Assembly: GCF_009914755.1 (NCBI RefSeq)
Contig: NC_060925.1
Length of the DNA: 64,000 nt
DNA from: the human T2T-CHM13v2.0 reference genome, Homo sapiens
Strand: one strand, 5' to 3'
Shown: one piece after another, positions 41,428 to 57,035 of the stretch
How the letters are laid out: each line of letters begins with the position of its first letter
How positions within the stretch are numbered: the stretch's first letter is position 1
Made by a program: the position numbers and the translations under genes
The notes under the pieces: generated by a model
The model's database searches: none
The model's input: the letters and a program-made list of their open reading frames with translations, nothing else
Told to the model about the DNA's origin: nothing

Positions 41428-43000
41428 AGGATCTCATTCCTTTATATGGCTGCATGGTATTCCATGGTGTATATGTACCTCATTTTCTTTACCCGATTGG
41501 TCATTGATGGGCATTTAGGTTGATTCTATGTCTTTGCTATTGTGAATGGTGCTGTGATGAACATTCTCGTGCATGTATCTTTATGGTAGAATGGATTTCT
41601 ATTCCTCTGGGTATATACCCAGTAATTGGATTGGTGAGTTGAATGGTAGCTCTGCTTTCAGCTCTTTGAGGACCTGACACACTGCTTTCCACAATGGATG
41701 AACTAACTTATACTCCCACCAACAGTGTATAAGTGGTCCCTTTTCTCCACAATCTTGCCAGCATCTGTTATTTTTGACTTTTTAATAATAGCCATTCTGA
41801 CTGGTGTGAGGTTGTAACTCATTGTGGTTTTGATTTGCATTTCTCTAATGATCAGTGATATTGAGCTTTTTTTCATAGGTTTGTTGGCTGTATGTATGTC
41901 TTCTTTTGAAAAATGTTTGTTCATGTCCTTTGCCCACTTTTTAGTGGGTTTCTTTGTTTTTCTCTTGTAAATTTGTTTAAGTTCTTTGTAGACTCTGGAT
42001 ATTAGACCTTTGTCAGATGAAGAGATTGCAATAATTTTCCCCATTCTGTAGGTTGTCTGTTTCCTCTGTTGATAGTTTTTTGCGTGTGTGTGGTGCAGAA
42101 GCTCTTAAGTTTAATTAGATCCCATTTGTCAATATTTGCTTTTGTTGCAATTGCTTTTGGTGTCTGTGTCATGAATTCTTTGCCAGTTCCTATGTCCAAG
42201 ATGATATTGCCTAGGTTGTCTTCCACAGTTTTTATAGTTTTGGGTTTTCCATTTAAGTCTTTAATCCATCTTGAGTTGACTTTCATATATGGTGTAAGGA
42301 AGGGGTCCAGCTTCAATCTTCTGTATATGGCTAGCCAGTTATCCCCAGCACCATTTATTGAATAGGGGGTCCTTTCTCCATTGCTTTTTTTGGTCACCTT
42401 TGTCAAAGATCAGATAGTTGTAGGTGTGTGGCCTCATTTCTGGGTTCTCTGTACTGTTCCATTGGTCTATGTGTCTGTTTTTGTACCAGTACCATGCTGT
42501 TTTGGTTACTGTAGCCCTGTAGTATAGTTTGAAGTAAAGTAATGTGATGCTTCCAGCTTTATTCTTTTTGCTTAGGATTGCCTTGGCTATGCAGGCTTTT
42601 TTTTGGTTCCATAGGAATTTAAAATCATTTTTCTCTATTTCTGTGAAGAATGTCTTTGGTAGTTTGATAGAAATAGCATTGAATCTGTAAATTGCTTTGG
42701 GCAGTATGGCCATTACAATGACATTGATTCTTCCTATTCATGAGCATCAGATGTTTTTCCATTTGTTTGTGTCTTCTCTGATTTCTTTAAGCAGTGTTTT
42801 GTAATTCTCATTGTAAGGATTTCAATGGTTAGCTATATTTCTAGGTACTTTATTATTTTTGTAGAAATTGTGAATGGGATTGCCTTCCTGATTCGGATCT
42901 TGGCTTGGCTGTTGGTGTATAGGAATGCTAGTGATTTTTGTACATTAATTTTGTATGCTGAAATTTGCTGAAGTTGTTTATCAGCTGAAGGAGCTTTTGA

Positions 43001-43409
<409 letters not shown>

Positions 43410-44256
43410 CCTTTATTTCTTTCTCTTGCCTGATTGCTCTGGTCAGGACTTCCAATACTATGTTGAATAGGAGTGGTGAGAGAGGGCATCCTTGCCTTGT
43501 GCTGGTTTTCAAGTGAAATGCTTCCAGATTTTGCTCATTCAGTATGATGTTGGCTGTGGGTTTGTCATACATGGCTGTTATTATTTTTAGGTATGTTCCT
43601 TCAATACCTAGTTTACTAGACTTTTAAAAAATAAAACAGTGTTGGATTTTATTGGAAGCCTTTACTCTTACACTTCTAGAGCACTTGGCCATTACAAACA
43701 GCTGTCCCACGCAGTGCCTCACTTTTCTATCTCAACATGAAGAAAGGAAACTTCTATGTATCAAATGTCTTCTGCGTGCCAGGCCCCATGCTGGGTACTT
43801 GATGATATTAGTTTCAAACATATTTAAGGTATTTTATAAGAATACATCAAATGTAAAATAACACCAATAAAAACTGAGTCAAAATGGAAATGAAAAACAA
43901 AGGCAGGAACTTAAAATATAGTCAGGAATAAGGCTAGAATGAATATTCTACAAACTTGAAGTAAGCCACAAATTTGGTTTTCAAGTTCTATAGGAGCCAA
44001 TGTCACAAAAAAGGGGGAAACAACTTAATAACAATCAATGCAAAAAGGAAAACAAAAGATTACACCATTTACAACATTCATCAGATAAAAGCAAATTAGT
44101 GGCTTAGGAAAAACATGTCTCTTCTCTGGACAAAAAATGGGCAGGAGCTCTCCTGGGTTTTCTCATAAACAGAACTCTGTGTTTCATAAAGGGCAATGTC
44201 TTTAACACATCCTTGAACAAGAAACAACAAGTAGAATGTTTATTTTTGTTGAAATA

Positions 44257-44408
44257 TGGGCTACTACTACACCGTCAGATATTGGGAGAGCCCAGTGAGG
44301 CTCTGAAGGCACAAAATTTAAGGAGACATCCACTGTCAGGGTTGTGCAAGTGCCTACTGAAATTCTGTGCCCTGGGTACCTCCCTTGCCTCCCACTAGCC
44401 CTGCCCTG
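44257..44408. mobile_element. MER96B-like hAT MITE
   Basis: GGCACAAAATTTAAGG...AAATTCTGTGCCCTGGG...GCCCTG. Confidence 0.5.
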
Positions 44409-44454
44409 TCATTATATTACTCATAGTCATATTCAGTAGGAGGAATTCTCTAAG

Positions 44455-44660
44455 GCTGTGGTTTACAATAGGGGATGACTTTTCTTCCAGGGAACATTTG
44501 GCAAAGACTGGAGACTTGGTCACTGCTGGGCAGATGCTACTGGCATTGAGTGGGTAGCGGTCAGGGAGACTGTTGAACATCCTACAGTGCACTTGATAGC
44601 CACTCACAGCAAAGAATTATACAGTCCAAAATATCACTAAGCCTAAGTTCAGAAACTCTG
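44455..44660 (+). mobile_element. MER20
   Basis: CAGGGAACATTTGGCAA...GCTACTGGCAT...AACATCCTACAGTGCAC...AAAGAATTAT. Confidence 0.85.
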
Positions 44661-44817
44661 CTTTTGGCAGAGCCATACTCCTTACCTGAGCTCATGTGGT
44701 GACTTGCTGCATAGGATGATTCTGCTTTCTTATCCTCGTGGTAAATGAATCATGAGCTCTGCTGTTGTAACTTCCTAAATATCACCCCATCTTGTGTTTG
44801 GACTACTGCCATAGCCA

Positions 44818-45230
44818 CAGTGGTAGACACTTTTAAGAGCCTACAATAGCATCCCTGCAGCAACAGCATCTTTGCTTAGAAAAGTCATATTTCACCTTGG
44901 AATAAAAGGAAGAGATCTCCTGATTTAGACGAATCATGTTGATCTATTCTTCTTTGCCAAGGATTGACTTAAGTATGAGCATTTGCCCTCTTTCTGGCCA
45001 GTGATATAAAAGGGAAGCCTGCTGGGGGACTTCTAGAAAAGATTTTGACTTCTGATAAAAGGGACAGATAGAGCTAGTGTTGCTCTCCTTTCCCTTTTTT
45101 CTACTTGAATGTGGACTCCATGTCTGGAGCTGTGGTAGCCATTTTGAGACCATGAAGTAACAAGGAAAAGGAAGGAAAGGCAAGAAGCAAAGAACATTGG
45201 AGCAAAAAGAATACACTCTTGCCACAGAGC
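44818..45230 (+). mobile_element. MLT1K-like LTR
   Basis: TTCTGGCCAGTGA...GTCTGGAGCTGTGGTAGCCATTTTGAGACCATGA. Confidence 0.65.
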
Positions 45231-46180
45231 TTTTTTGAGCTTGCAATTCCTTTTGTCTGCAATGCTCCCCCTCTACCTCCCCATGGTTAATTCCTAGTCA
45301 TTCTTGACATCTCAGCTTAACCCTCATCTGTGGGAGAGCCACCTTAACCTCCCTGACTCTGTCTGAACTTGTTAGAGGTTCATAGCATCATGTAAGCTTC
45401 CTTCACAGCATTTGCCAAGGTTGCGATTTCTCATGTGTTTGTGGTATGACTTGATTTTTTTTTTTTTGTCTTCCTGACTAGACTCCAAGCTACATGACAA
45501 CTGAAACTATCACAATATCTCTAGTCCCTGATATTTAGATGCTAGATAAGCAATACTATTTTCTTATTTTTTTCTTTTCCTTTTTTGAATGAAAAAGCTT
45601 AAATTGTCTGGAAGTTAGAATGTCTTCAATATTTTAAGCCATCTTCCCGGAAAGTATTTTGCTCGACAGAATGTTTAATAAATAGTGAGTGAGTATGAGT
45701 TCAAAATGATTCTTCCTGGAAAATAACTAAAACCCAGATATTCTGTGTGGCCAATTAAATAGAAATTCTTATGACATAAGAGGACATTGAGCTGGGGCAT
45801 GCAGGAATAACTTCCTTTCTGAAAGCTGAGGGGCCTGCAAGGAGAATACCTAAAAGGAAGCCATTCCACCTGTCATCAGGTGAGCTGAGAGAATGCCACA
45901 GGCAGAACCAAGATTCTCAGCAGAAAGTCATTTTGAATGCTTCAATCACCAGGCTAATGGGTGAATGAAGCCCTGAAGACATACAGCATATAACATGGCT
46001 AAAAATCCCAGTGCTTAACATGGAGGATTTTGTTTAATCTTCACAAAAAGTAACATAATCATATGAGGTAGGTATGCTTATCTCTATTTTACAGAAGAGC
46101 AGGCTCTGCTGATAAGACAAAGAGGCAGCTTTGGAACTGAGGCTTGTCTAACTCCTCCGCTAATATTCTTTCCTTTATAC

Positions 46181-46322
46181 CAGTGGTTCTCAAACTTGAC
46201 TGACATTGGGATCACTTGGGGAATTTTGGGTTCCATGCTAAAAAATTTGTGTTTAACTTTTTAGGAATTTAAAAAGATCCCTCCAGGTGATTCCACTGTG
46301 CAGCCAGGGTTGAGAACCACTG
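46181..46322. mobile_element. MER5A1/MER5B
   Basis: TIR ends CAGTGGTTCTCAAACTT and GGTTGAGAACCACTG. Confidence 0.8.
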
Positions 46323-46376
46323 CACTCCAGCCTCGGCAACATAGCAAAATGTCACCTCAGAAAACAAAACAGAAAA
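46317..46376 (+). mobile_element. Alu/FRAM 3' fragment
   Basis: CCACTGCACTCCAGCCTCGGCAACATAGCAA followed by an A-rich tail. Confidence 0.75.
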
Positions 46377-46394
46377 TACCCAGAGTACTACAAT

Positions 46395-46852
46395 CGTAGT
46401 GGGTGGAATAATGGCCCCTAAAAATATATGTGCAAGTCCTAACCCCTAGAACTTGTAAATTTGACCTTATTGGAAAAAGAGTCTTTGTAGATATAATTAA
46501 GGATCTTGAGATAAAACCATAGTGAATTTAGGATGAGCCCTTACTCCAGTGACAAGTATCTTTGTAAAAGAAAAGCCAAGGGAGACTTGAGACGAAGAGA
46601 CATGGAGGAGAAGGCCAGGTGGAGATGGAGGCAGATATTGACATTATGCTGTCATAAACCAAGCAACATCTGGAACCACCAGAAGCTGGACGAGGCAAGC
46701 AAGGATGCCCCCTGATGTTTTCAGAGGAAACATGGCCTGCTGACACCTTGATCTCAGACTTCCAGCCTCTAGAACTGAGACAATACATTTCTGTTGTTTT
46801 AAGCCACTGCGTTCGTGGCAATTAGCTACAGAAAACCTGAGAGATTAATACA
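46395..46852 (+). mobile_element. MLT1C LTR
   Basis: GTAGTGGGTGGAATAATGGCCCC...CCACCAGAAGCTGG...TTAATACA. Confidence 0.88.
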
Positions 46853-46976
46853 AAGCTCCACCTCCAGAGTTTCTGAGTCAGCAAGTCTTGGATGGGACAC
46901 AAACATTTGTATGCCTGGCAAGTCCCCAGGTAATGCTGATGCTGCTGGTTCAGGGACCACACTTTGAGAACCACTG
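46853..46976. mobile_element. MER5A fragment
   Basis: GCTGATGCTGCTGGTTCAGGGACCACACTTTGAGAACCACTG. Confidence 0.8.
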
Positions 46977-47639
46977 CTCCTTATCATGCAGTCTTTATCC
47001 AGCTGTTCAGCTTTCGCAGCCTCTGCTTGTAACCTTTCTATTCAGGGATGTGAAAAATAACTAAAGGAAAAAGAAATCTGTAAGTCTTCTAGATTTCAAT
47101 GATCATTGTTGCTGATTCACTGTGTTATTGATCTTTATGAAATGGAGGTGATGCTCTCAGAAACTAGTGCGGTTCCTGAAAGTGGACCAGGAGTTCAATG
47201 TGGAATACTTTTGTTCTCCCTTTACAATATCACAGGAATTACATAAGCAATTGTGTAATGCACAAAACACCAGAAGCCGCTCAGCTTCCTGCCAGCAGAC
47301 CTATCTATGTGAGTTTCTGCCTGTTTTCTCTGCCTGTCTTTTGGTTGGTTGCAAATAATGAGGTGCCTCTTCGCCTGCTCAGCGTTCTTACCTCCTGCTA
47401 TGTTGGGCATCCTATTGACTCACCTCCTCAGAGATGTTGCTCCACCAATATCTAGTATCTAGTGTTCTGTGGCTCTTATCCATTTCCATTAACAGATACT
47501 CAAGATTTTAATGTCTTAAAATGAGTCTTTCTTTAGCCCCCCATCCTTCAGACACCCCCGTAATATTTCCTTTCCATCTTGCCTGCAAATTTAGTATTGA
47601 AATATGCTGCATTTTCTTTCTTCACCCTACTCACTCTTA

Positions 47640-49305
<1,666 letters not shown>

Positions 49306-49313
49306 GCCTAGAT

Positions 49314-49530
49314 CATCGTTTCACAGCCTCAACACTACTGACATTCTGGGCTGGATAATCCTTGTTGTGGTGGCTGTCCTGTGCACTGTAGGATATTTAA
49401 CAGCACCCCTGTGTCCTCTACCCACTAGAAAGCAATAGTTCCCCATTTCGCAGTTGTGACAAACTAAAGTGCCCCTAGACACTGCCAAAGGTGTCCTGAG
49501 AAGCAAAATAACTCCTGGTAAGAACCTTTG
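49314..49530 (-). mobile_element. MER20
   Basis: CACTACTGACATTCTGGGCTGGATAAT...GCTGTCCTGTGCACTGTAGGAT...CTCTACCCACTAGA. Confidence 0.88.
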
Positions 49531-49769
49531 GCCTAGAGGGATGAGCTCACTGTTAGCAGATTATGAGCTTAGACGTGAGGAGGCAGTGGCATAGGCAAAA
49601 CATGGACAGACTGGACTTACAGACTGGACACAGGCTCTGAGGTGGGATGATACTTCAAGGCCCAAGTTAGGGGCATACTAGGGAGTAAATAGTCACGCAA
49701 GTGAAACGTGGCCTAGGGTGTGTGGACACAGCCGCAGCAGGAAGTGAACACAGAGAGACAGAATAGCAT

Positions 49770-49990
49770 TAATTGTACCCAGCTTTCAACTAGACACACT
49801 AGGCTCGAGTTTAAGCAGCTCCTATTAGCAACTGTATGACATTCGATGAGTTATTTAACCCTTCTGAATTTTGGTTCTCACATGCATAGACAAGAATATT
49901 GCTGTATGGATTAAATAATATATCTATGAAATATTGGCTCAGAGCATTATACATAATAAATACATGACAAATGTTTATTGTTATTACTAT
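49770..49990 (+). mobile_element. MIR
   Basis: AGTTATTTAACCCTTCTGA...GGATTAAATAA...CAAATGTTTATTG. Confidence 0.65.
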
Positions 49991-50370
49991 TATCATCATT
50001 GCTGTTATTATTAATATCAGGACGTCCAGTAAAGTGAAGAGTTCTGGCATGAGGGTCTGGTGTCTGGAAGTAGCTGACATGAGAAACAATTGGTATGCAG
50101 ATGGGAAATCAGTAAGAGAGAGATGCCGACCTGGGGTCGGGGAAGGATTCACTTGTAGGGAGAGCAGAAGCATGGGGCACCGCTTCTGCCATTGTAAAAT
50201 CCTGGTACCTTTAGGTAGAGTGCAGACACATTGGAAAAGTCATTAAAAATGGATCTTGATGCAAACTGGGGAATCCCAAGTATTCTATATTTACTTAAAA
50301 AAAAGTAGTACTTATTCAACCAAAGGAAAAGAATCCCAACACAAAGCATAACAATGTTTATTAAAATAAA

Positions 50371-50817
50371 TTTTACTAAAACACCAGGGGTTTGGTCTAG
50401 GTCCTGCTGCCCACTGCACAGAGAGCCAATCACCAAGACAACAATTACTACCAAGGAAGAAGGCTTCAATCGCATGCTGCAGCCGAGGAGATGGGAGATC
50501 AGTCTGAAATCCACCTCCCTGACTGACTAAAATCAGGGGTTTATATAGCAGGGAAGAAATGTAACTATGTATGGGAAAATAGGAACTACATAGGGTTAAG
50601 GAAGCAATTATGATGAAGGAGGGGCTTGGCCTCTCATTGTGTAGATGAGATAACCTTGTGGGTTTTAGTTCTTTGATACTTTTTGAGAGGCCTGGGGGTC
50701 CATTCCTAAAGATGAAACTCAGTTAAAACAAATGTAAGTTTCAAGCTTTAAGACAAAAAGGGTCAATTTCTATGTTTACCCAAAAAAACTATCTATGGGA
50801 CTATTGTGTTGGTTTTA
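50371..50817 (-). mobile_element. LOR1a/b-like ERV1 LTR
   Basis: AAACACCAGGGGTTTGGTCTAGGTCCTGCTGC...GCTGCAGCCGAGGAGATGGGAGATCAGTC. Confidence 0.8.
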
Positions 50818-50839
50818 GGAAGAGCATCAGAAAAAATAA

Positions 50840-51830
50840 ATAAAAAGGTAAATCCAAATAAATACTGAAAGAGTAAAACAACAATAATAATGTCTTTAGG
50901 AGATTAAAATATATATGCATTAAAATGCCTAACAAATATGGCATAAAATTAAGGAGTAATAGGCTCAACTGAAGGTTCTCAGCTTCTAGAATTGTTTGGG
51001 ATATGGTAAAGGTATTAATTTATATCATACTCTAATAAGTCAAATATGCATGTTTTAAACTTAAGAGTAATCCCTAAATGAAGAGTGAAATAATATATTA
51101 CTAACAGGCTAATAGAAGGATACAATGTAATAATACATGTAGTTTTTATTAATCCAAGAAATGATTTAAAAAGAGAAGAAACACACATGCACAAACATAC
51201 ATAAACACACACACACAGAGAGAGAAAGAAAATAGATTAAATTTTTTATAAAAACAAATGTTATCAAAATTTATAATATGCAGCCAAAGTCATCTTAAAG
51301 GGAAATTTGTTGCTTTAAATGCATGTACTAGAACAGAAAATATTCTAAAAATTAATCTTCAAAAATTACTTGAGTAATTTCTCAGGAAGTTAGATAAAAC
51401 TTTAGTAAATTGAAAGGAGATAGATGGAAATAATAAACATAAGACTAATAAAACAAACATATAATAAGGAAAATAAACAAAACCAAAAGTTTTTTTGAGA
51501 AGACCAATAACATTTGTTTCTAATAAGGATTGATTAAAATTTTTACAAGGTACACATTATTAATAACAAGAATAACAAGAAAGAGAAGGGATATCACTAC
51601 TGATCCAATAGATGATATTAGGAACAATTACTTGACGTAAATATAGTGTAAATAAGATGAACAGATTTGTGGAAAAATAACAGGAAAGGCAACACAAAAA
51701 GACATAAAAAATCTGAAACATTCTGTATTTATATGAGAAATTGCATCTGTAATTAGAACCTCCCTGTTTAAGAAATATCCAGGTCTAGATGTCTTAACAA
51801 GTGAATTCTTCCAAACATTAAAAAATAAAT
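50840..51830 (+). mobile_element. Old L1M fragment (inter-ORF/ORF2 region)
   Basis: A-rich; ATGCAGCCAAAG...AGGGAAATTT..GCTTTAAATGC and GTGAATTCTTCCAAACATT. Confidence 0.65.
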
Positions 51831-52023
51831 TAATTAAACAAATAAAAAATTATTGATTAAGGTAAACATAAAATAATTCATAGAGAAAATTATTCTTCAG
51901 CTTAATTTAAAGAAATTGACTTACATGGATTGAAGATGGAAAGTGGGATGTTATTCAAAGAAAAAGAAAACACGTATAAGTGCACATAGCTAGGAAATGG
52001 TGGGGGTTGGGAGAAATCACATA

Positions 52024-52371
52024 CAGCAGTCTCCCTTACGTAAAGTTTCATTTTCTGCAGTTCCAGTTGCCCGCAGTTGCACTGTCTGAAAATATTAACT
52101 GGAAAATTCCAGAAATAAACAATTTATAAATTTTAAATTGCACACTGTGATGAAATCTCATGCCTTCCTGCTCTGTCCCATGCAAATCATTCCTTGGTTC
52201 AGCATATTCATGCTGTATATACTACTTGCCCATTTAGTCACTAAGTAGCCCTCTAGGTCATGAGATCAAGAAACAAACAGCATACATATATAGGGTGCCA
52301 TAACATCCTCGGTTTCAAGCATCAACTGGGGGTCTTGGAACGTATTTCCTGAGGATAAGGAGGGACGGCTC
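52024..52371 (+). mobile_element. MER44A (Tigger7 MITE)
   Basis: CAGCAGTCTCCCTTA...GGAAAATTCCAGAAATAAACAAT...GGGGGTCTTGGAACGTAT...GGATAAGG; TA on both flanks. Confidence 0.88.
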
Positions 52372-53658
52372 TATTTGGGGCATGGTGAGAGATGAATCTT
52401 ACCGAAGGGAAGAAACCAGATTGCAGAACTCCCTGAAATAAATTAGTTAGAAAGGTAGAAGGCTAATGGATAGAAGACTGAAAGCGGTAGAATGAAAACT
52501 ATTGATCTGAACCAATAAGTAACAGCAAATCTCTGAGATTCATAATATAAGAAGCAGCCAAATGAACGCAGTACGTAAGATAAATATTATTGTAAGCTTT
52601 ATGTGGGAAAGATTTGTGAGCAAGGTAGAGCAAGGAGAGGCACTCAGAGATGGTTGCAGGCATCAAGGTATGAGGGGGAGAGATCCTGGCCTGGAATGAT
52701 ATCTCCAGGAACTGCAAAGAAGGTTTGAATCTGTGGATTATTTTTGAGGCGTGAGAGACAAAGGAGCAAGCAACCAAGGAGACAGAAAGGCAAAAGGGAA
52801 GAAGGAGAGTGAGTAGGAGCCCTGCCTCTGGGAATCAAGGTGGATCTCTGTTAAACCTTGATGTAACAGACCGCTTGTCCCAAGGTCACCTTGAATATTT
52901 TTATTTGATCCACACAGTGCTGGTAGAGTGTCTCTCCTTCTGGACAATCCTCCCTGCTTCTCCTTTTCCTCATCCCATGGCTGCAATCCGAGCTAAAACA
53001 AAAAAAACATCTGTAGGGCATTCTGCTAAGTCTGCAGTGACCTTGTTATGGCTGATTCGCCTGACTAGGTTTGGGACAGATTTTCCAAAATGAAGCACAG
53101 TTTTGTGTATAATAAATGCATGCACAGATATCTTTATTACTCTGTGAATTATTTTTTTCTAATCCAATAAATATTACGCAAAGGTCAGGGTCAGAGTGAG
53201 ATGGATTCGCCTCACCAGCAGACTGTAAACACTCACACAATGAAACTAGAAAAGGCAAAAGGAGCACTAATGGTGTTCATCCTTAATATCTGCATTTTTT
53301 TTGCTAATGCTCACATTTTATAAAACTGAAGTTCAAGGCAACTTTTTCAATTTATGAGCAATAAGGAGCAAATGGAGAAGATCATTCACGAAAATGAGAA
53401 AGTTTTCCAATTATCAGTGACATTCGTCTTTAAACCCCCAAAAGCATGGTTTTCCAGAAATGTTGCAGTCAATGTGAAAATGTAACTATTGATTTTACTT
53501 TTATGGCAACATTGTAGGACAGAACTTTAGAAACTGAGCATCAAAAAAGGTTTTAGAGATTAGTTTTTTTCAAGCCATTCATTTCTACAAATGATTCCTA
53601 GGTGACTTCAGTGACTTGCCTAAGGTTGTGCAGGTTGGGATATTTATAAAAGTAATAG

Positions 53659-54058
<400 letters not shown>

Positions 54059-55989
54059 TCTGGAGATGTTTTTCATTTGTTACTATCAGCCCACAAACAT
54101 GTGACTCTACTTTCTAGAATTGCTTTTTAGACCAAAAGAAAACCAAGAAGTTGTTCAAATTATAGTGATTACATCTGAAAGACTCTCTTTCTCCTCTCCA
54201 GCCATTTGAGAAAAAGAGAAAAATCTAAATCAAGACACAAACCAGAAAGAAGTGCAGCTGTCTTTTTTTTTTCTGTCTCTCTTTTGAAATTTTGTTAAAC
54301 CAAATAACACCTCTGGATCTCAGATCCTCCCCTGTAAAAATGAAACTGCAGGATTAAGTTGGAGCTAAGGGCTCATCACCTATCCCAGACTTTGTAATGC
54401 CTTTTCTCTCTGGTTTCACCAGGAGGATAGAAATGCACTTTGCATAAAGCAGCCAATTTTCTGCCAACTTAGATGGCCTTTGGTGGCAGAAATAATGGAG
54501 CAGGGCAGTGGTCGAGACCCGTGATTTTATAGGCAGGGCTTTCTTTTCGACTTTATGTGGATCATGTGTTTTAACCTGCAGTCCTGCAATTCCTGGTTGT
54601 CCTATAAGATTGCCTGAAGTCTCCTTCTCCCCACAGCTAACCAACAGGGTCTCAGGGGCAGACACCCCTACCCCAGGCTGTGAGATAAATCCAGGCTTAG
54701 CCTCCAATCTCTCACTCTGAGTTTGGCTGACCTTCTTCACACATTATAAATGGGGACTTGCTTTGTTTCCAAAACCTGAACCCATCTATGTTCAGGTTTC
54801 TAAACTGACTCTCCACCCTGTTTCCCTGTGTCAATATCCTGGTCTAGTAACCAGCAGAATATACATCACACTTAGAATATGACCAGTTTGTTCTTACTGT
54901 TCTCTTACCGATCATGCGCCTTCATCACCTCCCTCCACACCATCTCCATGGAGTGGAGTTATTCCCCTGAATATCAGTGACTTGGGGCCCAGCTATTGTT
55001 AAGACATTTTCCAGATGTCCCTCTGGTTTCTCTGGATCACCCAGCACTTCCTAGAATCTTCTCTGCCATGTTGTGTTTTCCAGTCACATACTGTATTTCA
55101 ACTTCCATCTTTCTGGAGCCCCTCATTCTGGCTGCTGGCCTGAACAACTTACTACCTGGGCTGCCCATAATACATTCTCCAGGTACCATGCTCCTCCTGC
55201 CTCATGGTTTCTCCAACACCAGAGGAGAGTGAAGGATCTCCCTCTTCTGTGTTTTTTCCTTTTTGTTCATACATATTGGGAATTATTTGTGGATAAGACC
55301 AGATGTGTTAACTTTTTAGTATCTGGTGTTTAACCTAGTGTCTGCCATTTAGTGCATGCTCAATAAATACAAGTCAAATGAATGAAGTAATGTCCTAGCA
55401 TTCATTATCTTGCCCAACCCACTGCAGTTAACACTTCTATGCCATTTTCTGTCTTAAGAGCTGCATCTCCTTTCTGCTAGCACTTCTCCTTTATATCACT
55501 CACTCAACAATAACCCAGGCATCTCTAGCAACCAAGGACACTCCAATCAAAGATTACATTTTTATCTTATTTTCCAAAACTTACTTATTTATCCGGAAAT
55601 GATCAACCAGCCCTGTGGAAACCAATAGAGTTTCATTATCTTTCTAAAGAAAAGCAAAAAAAAATGCGTATGCAAGGCAGAATTAAAACTGAATAAACAT
55701 ATACGTCTAAATGAATCATCCTTTTTTGCATTAGACCTGGATAAATGACATTTATGTGGTGCGGGTATAGTGCAGTTATCTGTCACTGGAGACGTCTAAG
55801 GATGGCAATCAGTGTGAGTACAAGTTCTCAACAGCACATAGCACAGGAACAGCTGCAGAAATAATAAATACTAAAAACATTGCCTTCTTCACCCCCAAAC
55901 CCATATTTATCAGACGTGAAGTAGGTTGAAGGAGAAAAAATAATAATTGCCAATCAGGAGGCACTTTACATACATAATTTTATAATGTA

Positions 55990-57035
55990 AGTCAGAGCAT
56001 TTTCCTCCTGACTGCCAATGGCTTTTCTCATCATGCAGAGTAAAGGCACAGACCTGAAGGTGGCCTCAAAGGCCATGCGGAGTCTGCAACGGCTTGCCTC
56101 CCTCACCTCATCTCTCATTACTTGCTCCCCCTGCTTGCTCCTCTCCAAACACACTGGTCTCTGCTGATTCTCGAATGTTCTGGTACACACCTGGCTCAGG
56201 GCCTTCCTACTTGCTTTTCCCTCAGCCAAACATTCTTTGTATTAGTTTGTTAGAGTTGCCACAACAAAGTACCAAAAGCAGATGCGTAAGATCACAGAAA
56301 TTTATTGCTTCATGATTCTAGAGGCCAGAAGTCTGAAGTCAAGACATCAGCAGGGGCATCCGTCCTCTGTAGGCTCTAGGCAAGGATTCTTCCTCGCCTC
56401 TCCTGGCTCCTGGTGTTTGCCAGCAATCCTTGGTGTTCCCTGGCTTGTAGTAACATCACTCCAGGCACACTGCAGGCATTCTTTGTGTCTTCACATCATC
56501 TTCCCTCTGTACCTGTTTCTGTGTCTAAATTTCTACTTTTTATAAGGTCACCAGCATATTCCATTAGGGCCCACCCTAATGACCATGTTAAACTCAATGA
56601 CCTCTGTAAAGACCTTGTTTCCCAAGAAGGTTACACTCAGAATTACTGGTCTTTGGAACTTTCATCTATCTCTTTGAGGAGACACAGTTCAACCCAAGTC
56701 ACTCTTCTCCCAAATATCCCCACAGCCTACTCTCTCACCTCTTTATTGATCAACTTCTCAGTGAAGCCTTCTATAACTCCCCATCACAGTTCCATCTCTC
56801 TCTGCACCATCATTCCCTGCCCCCTTCCCACGTTTTATGTTTCTTCTCTGGCTCTTACCACCATCTCACCTGCTATTTATTCTCCTTAATAATCTTGTCT
56901 TTGTTTATCTCCCCTGATAAATTATCAACTCCCCAAAGGCAGTGTTTCTGTCTGCTCGGTTCACTGCCATTTCTCCAGTGCCCAGAACAGTGCCTGATCC
57001 ATGGTAGGCAATCAACAGATGTGCATTGAATACAT
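55990..57035 (+). mobile_element. L2, split by MLT1C
   Basis: CTCAGGGCCTT...; CAGTGAAGCCTTC...CCAGTGCCCAGAACAGTGCCTG. Confidence 0.75.
56238..56701 (-). mobile_element. MLT1C LTR
   Basis: TGTATTAGTTT...TTCTAGAGGCCAGAAGTCTGAAGTCAAG...GACACAGTTCAACCCA; TSD TTCTT/CTCTT. Confidence 0.88.
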
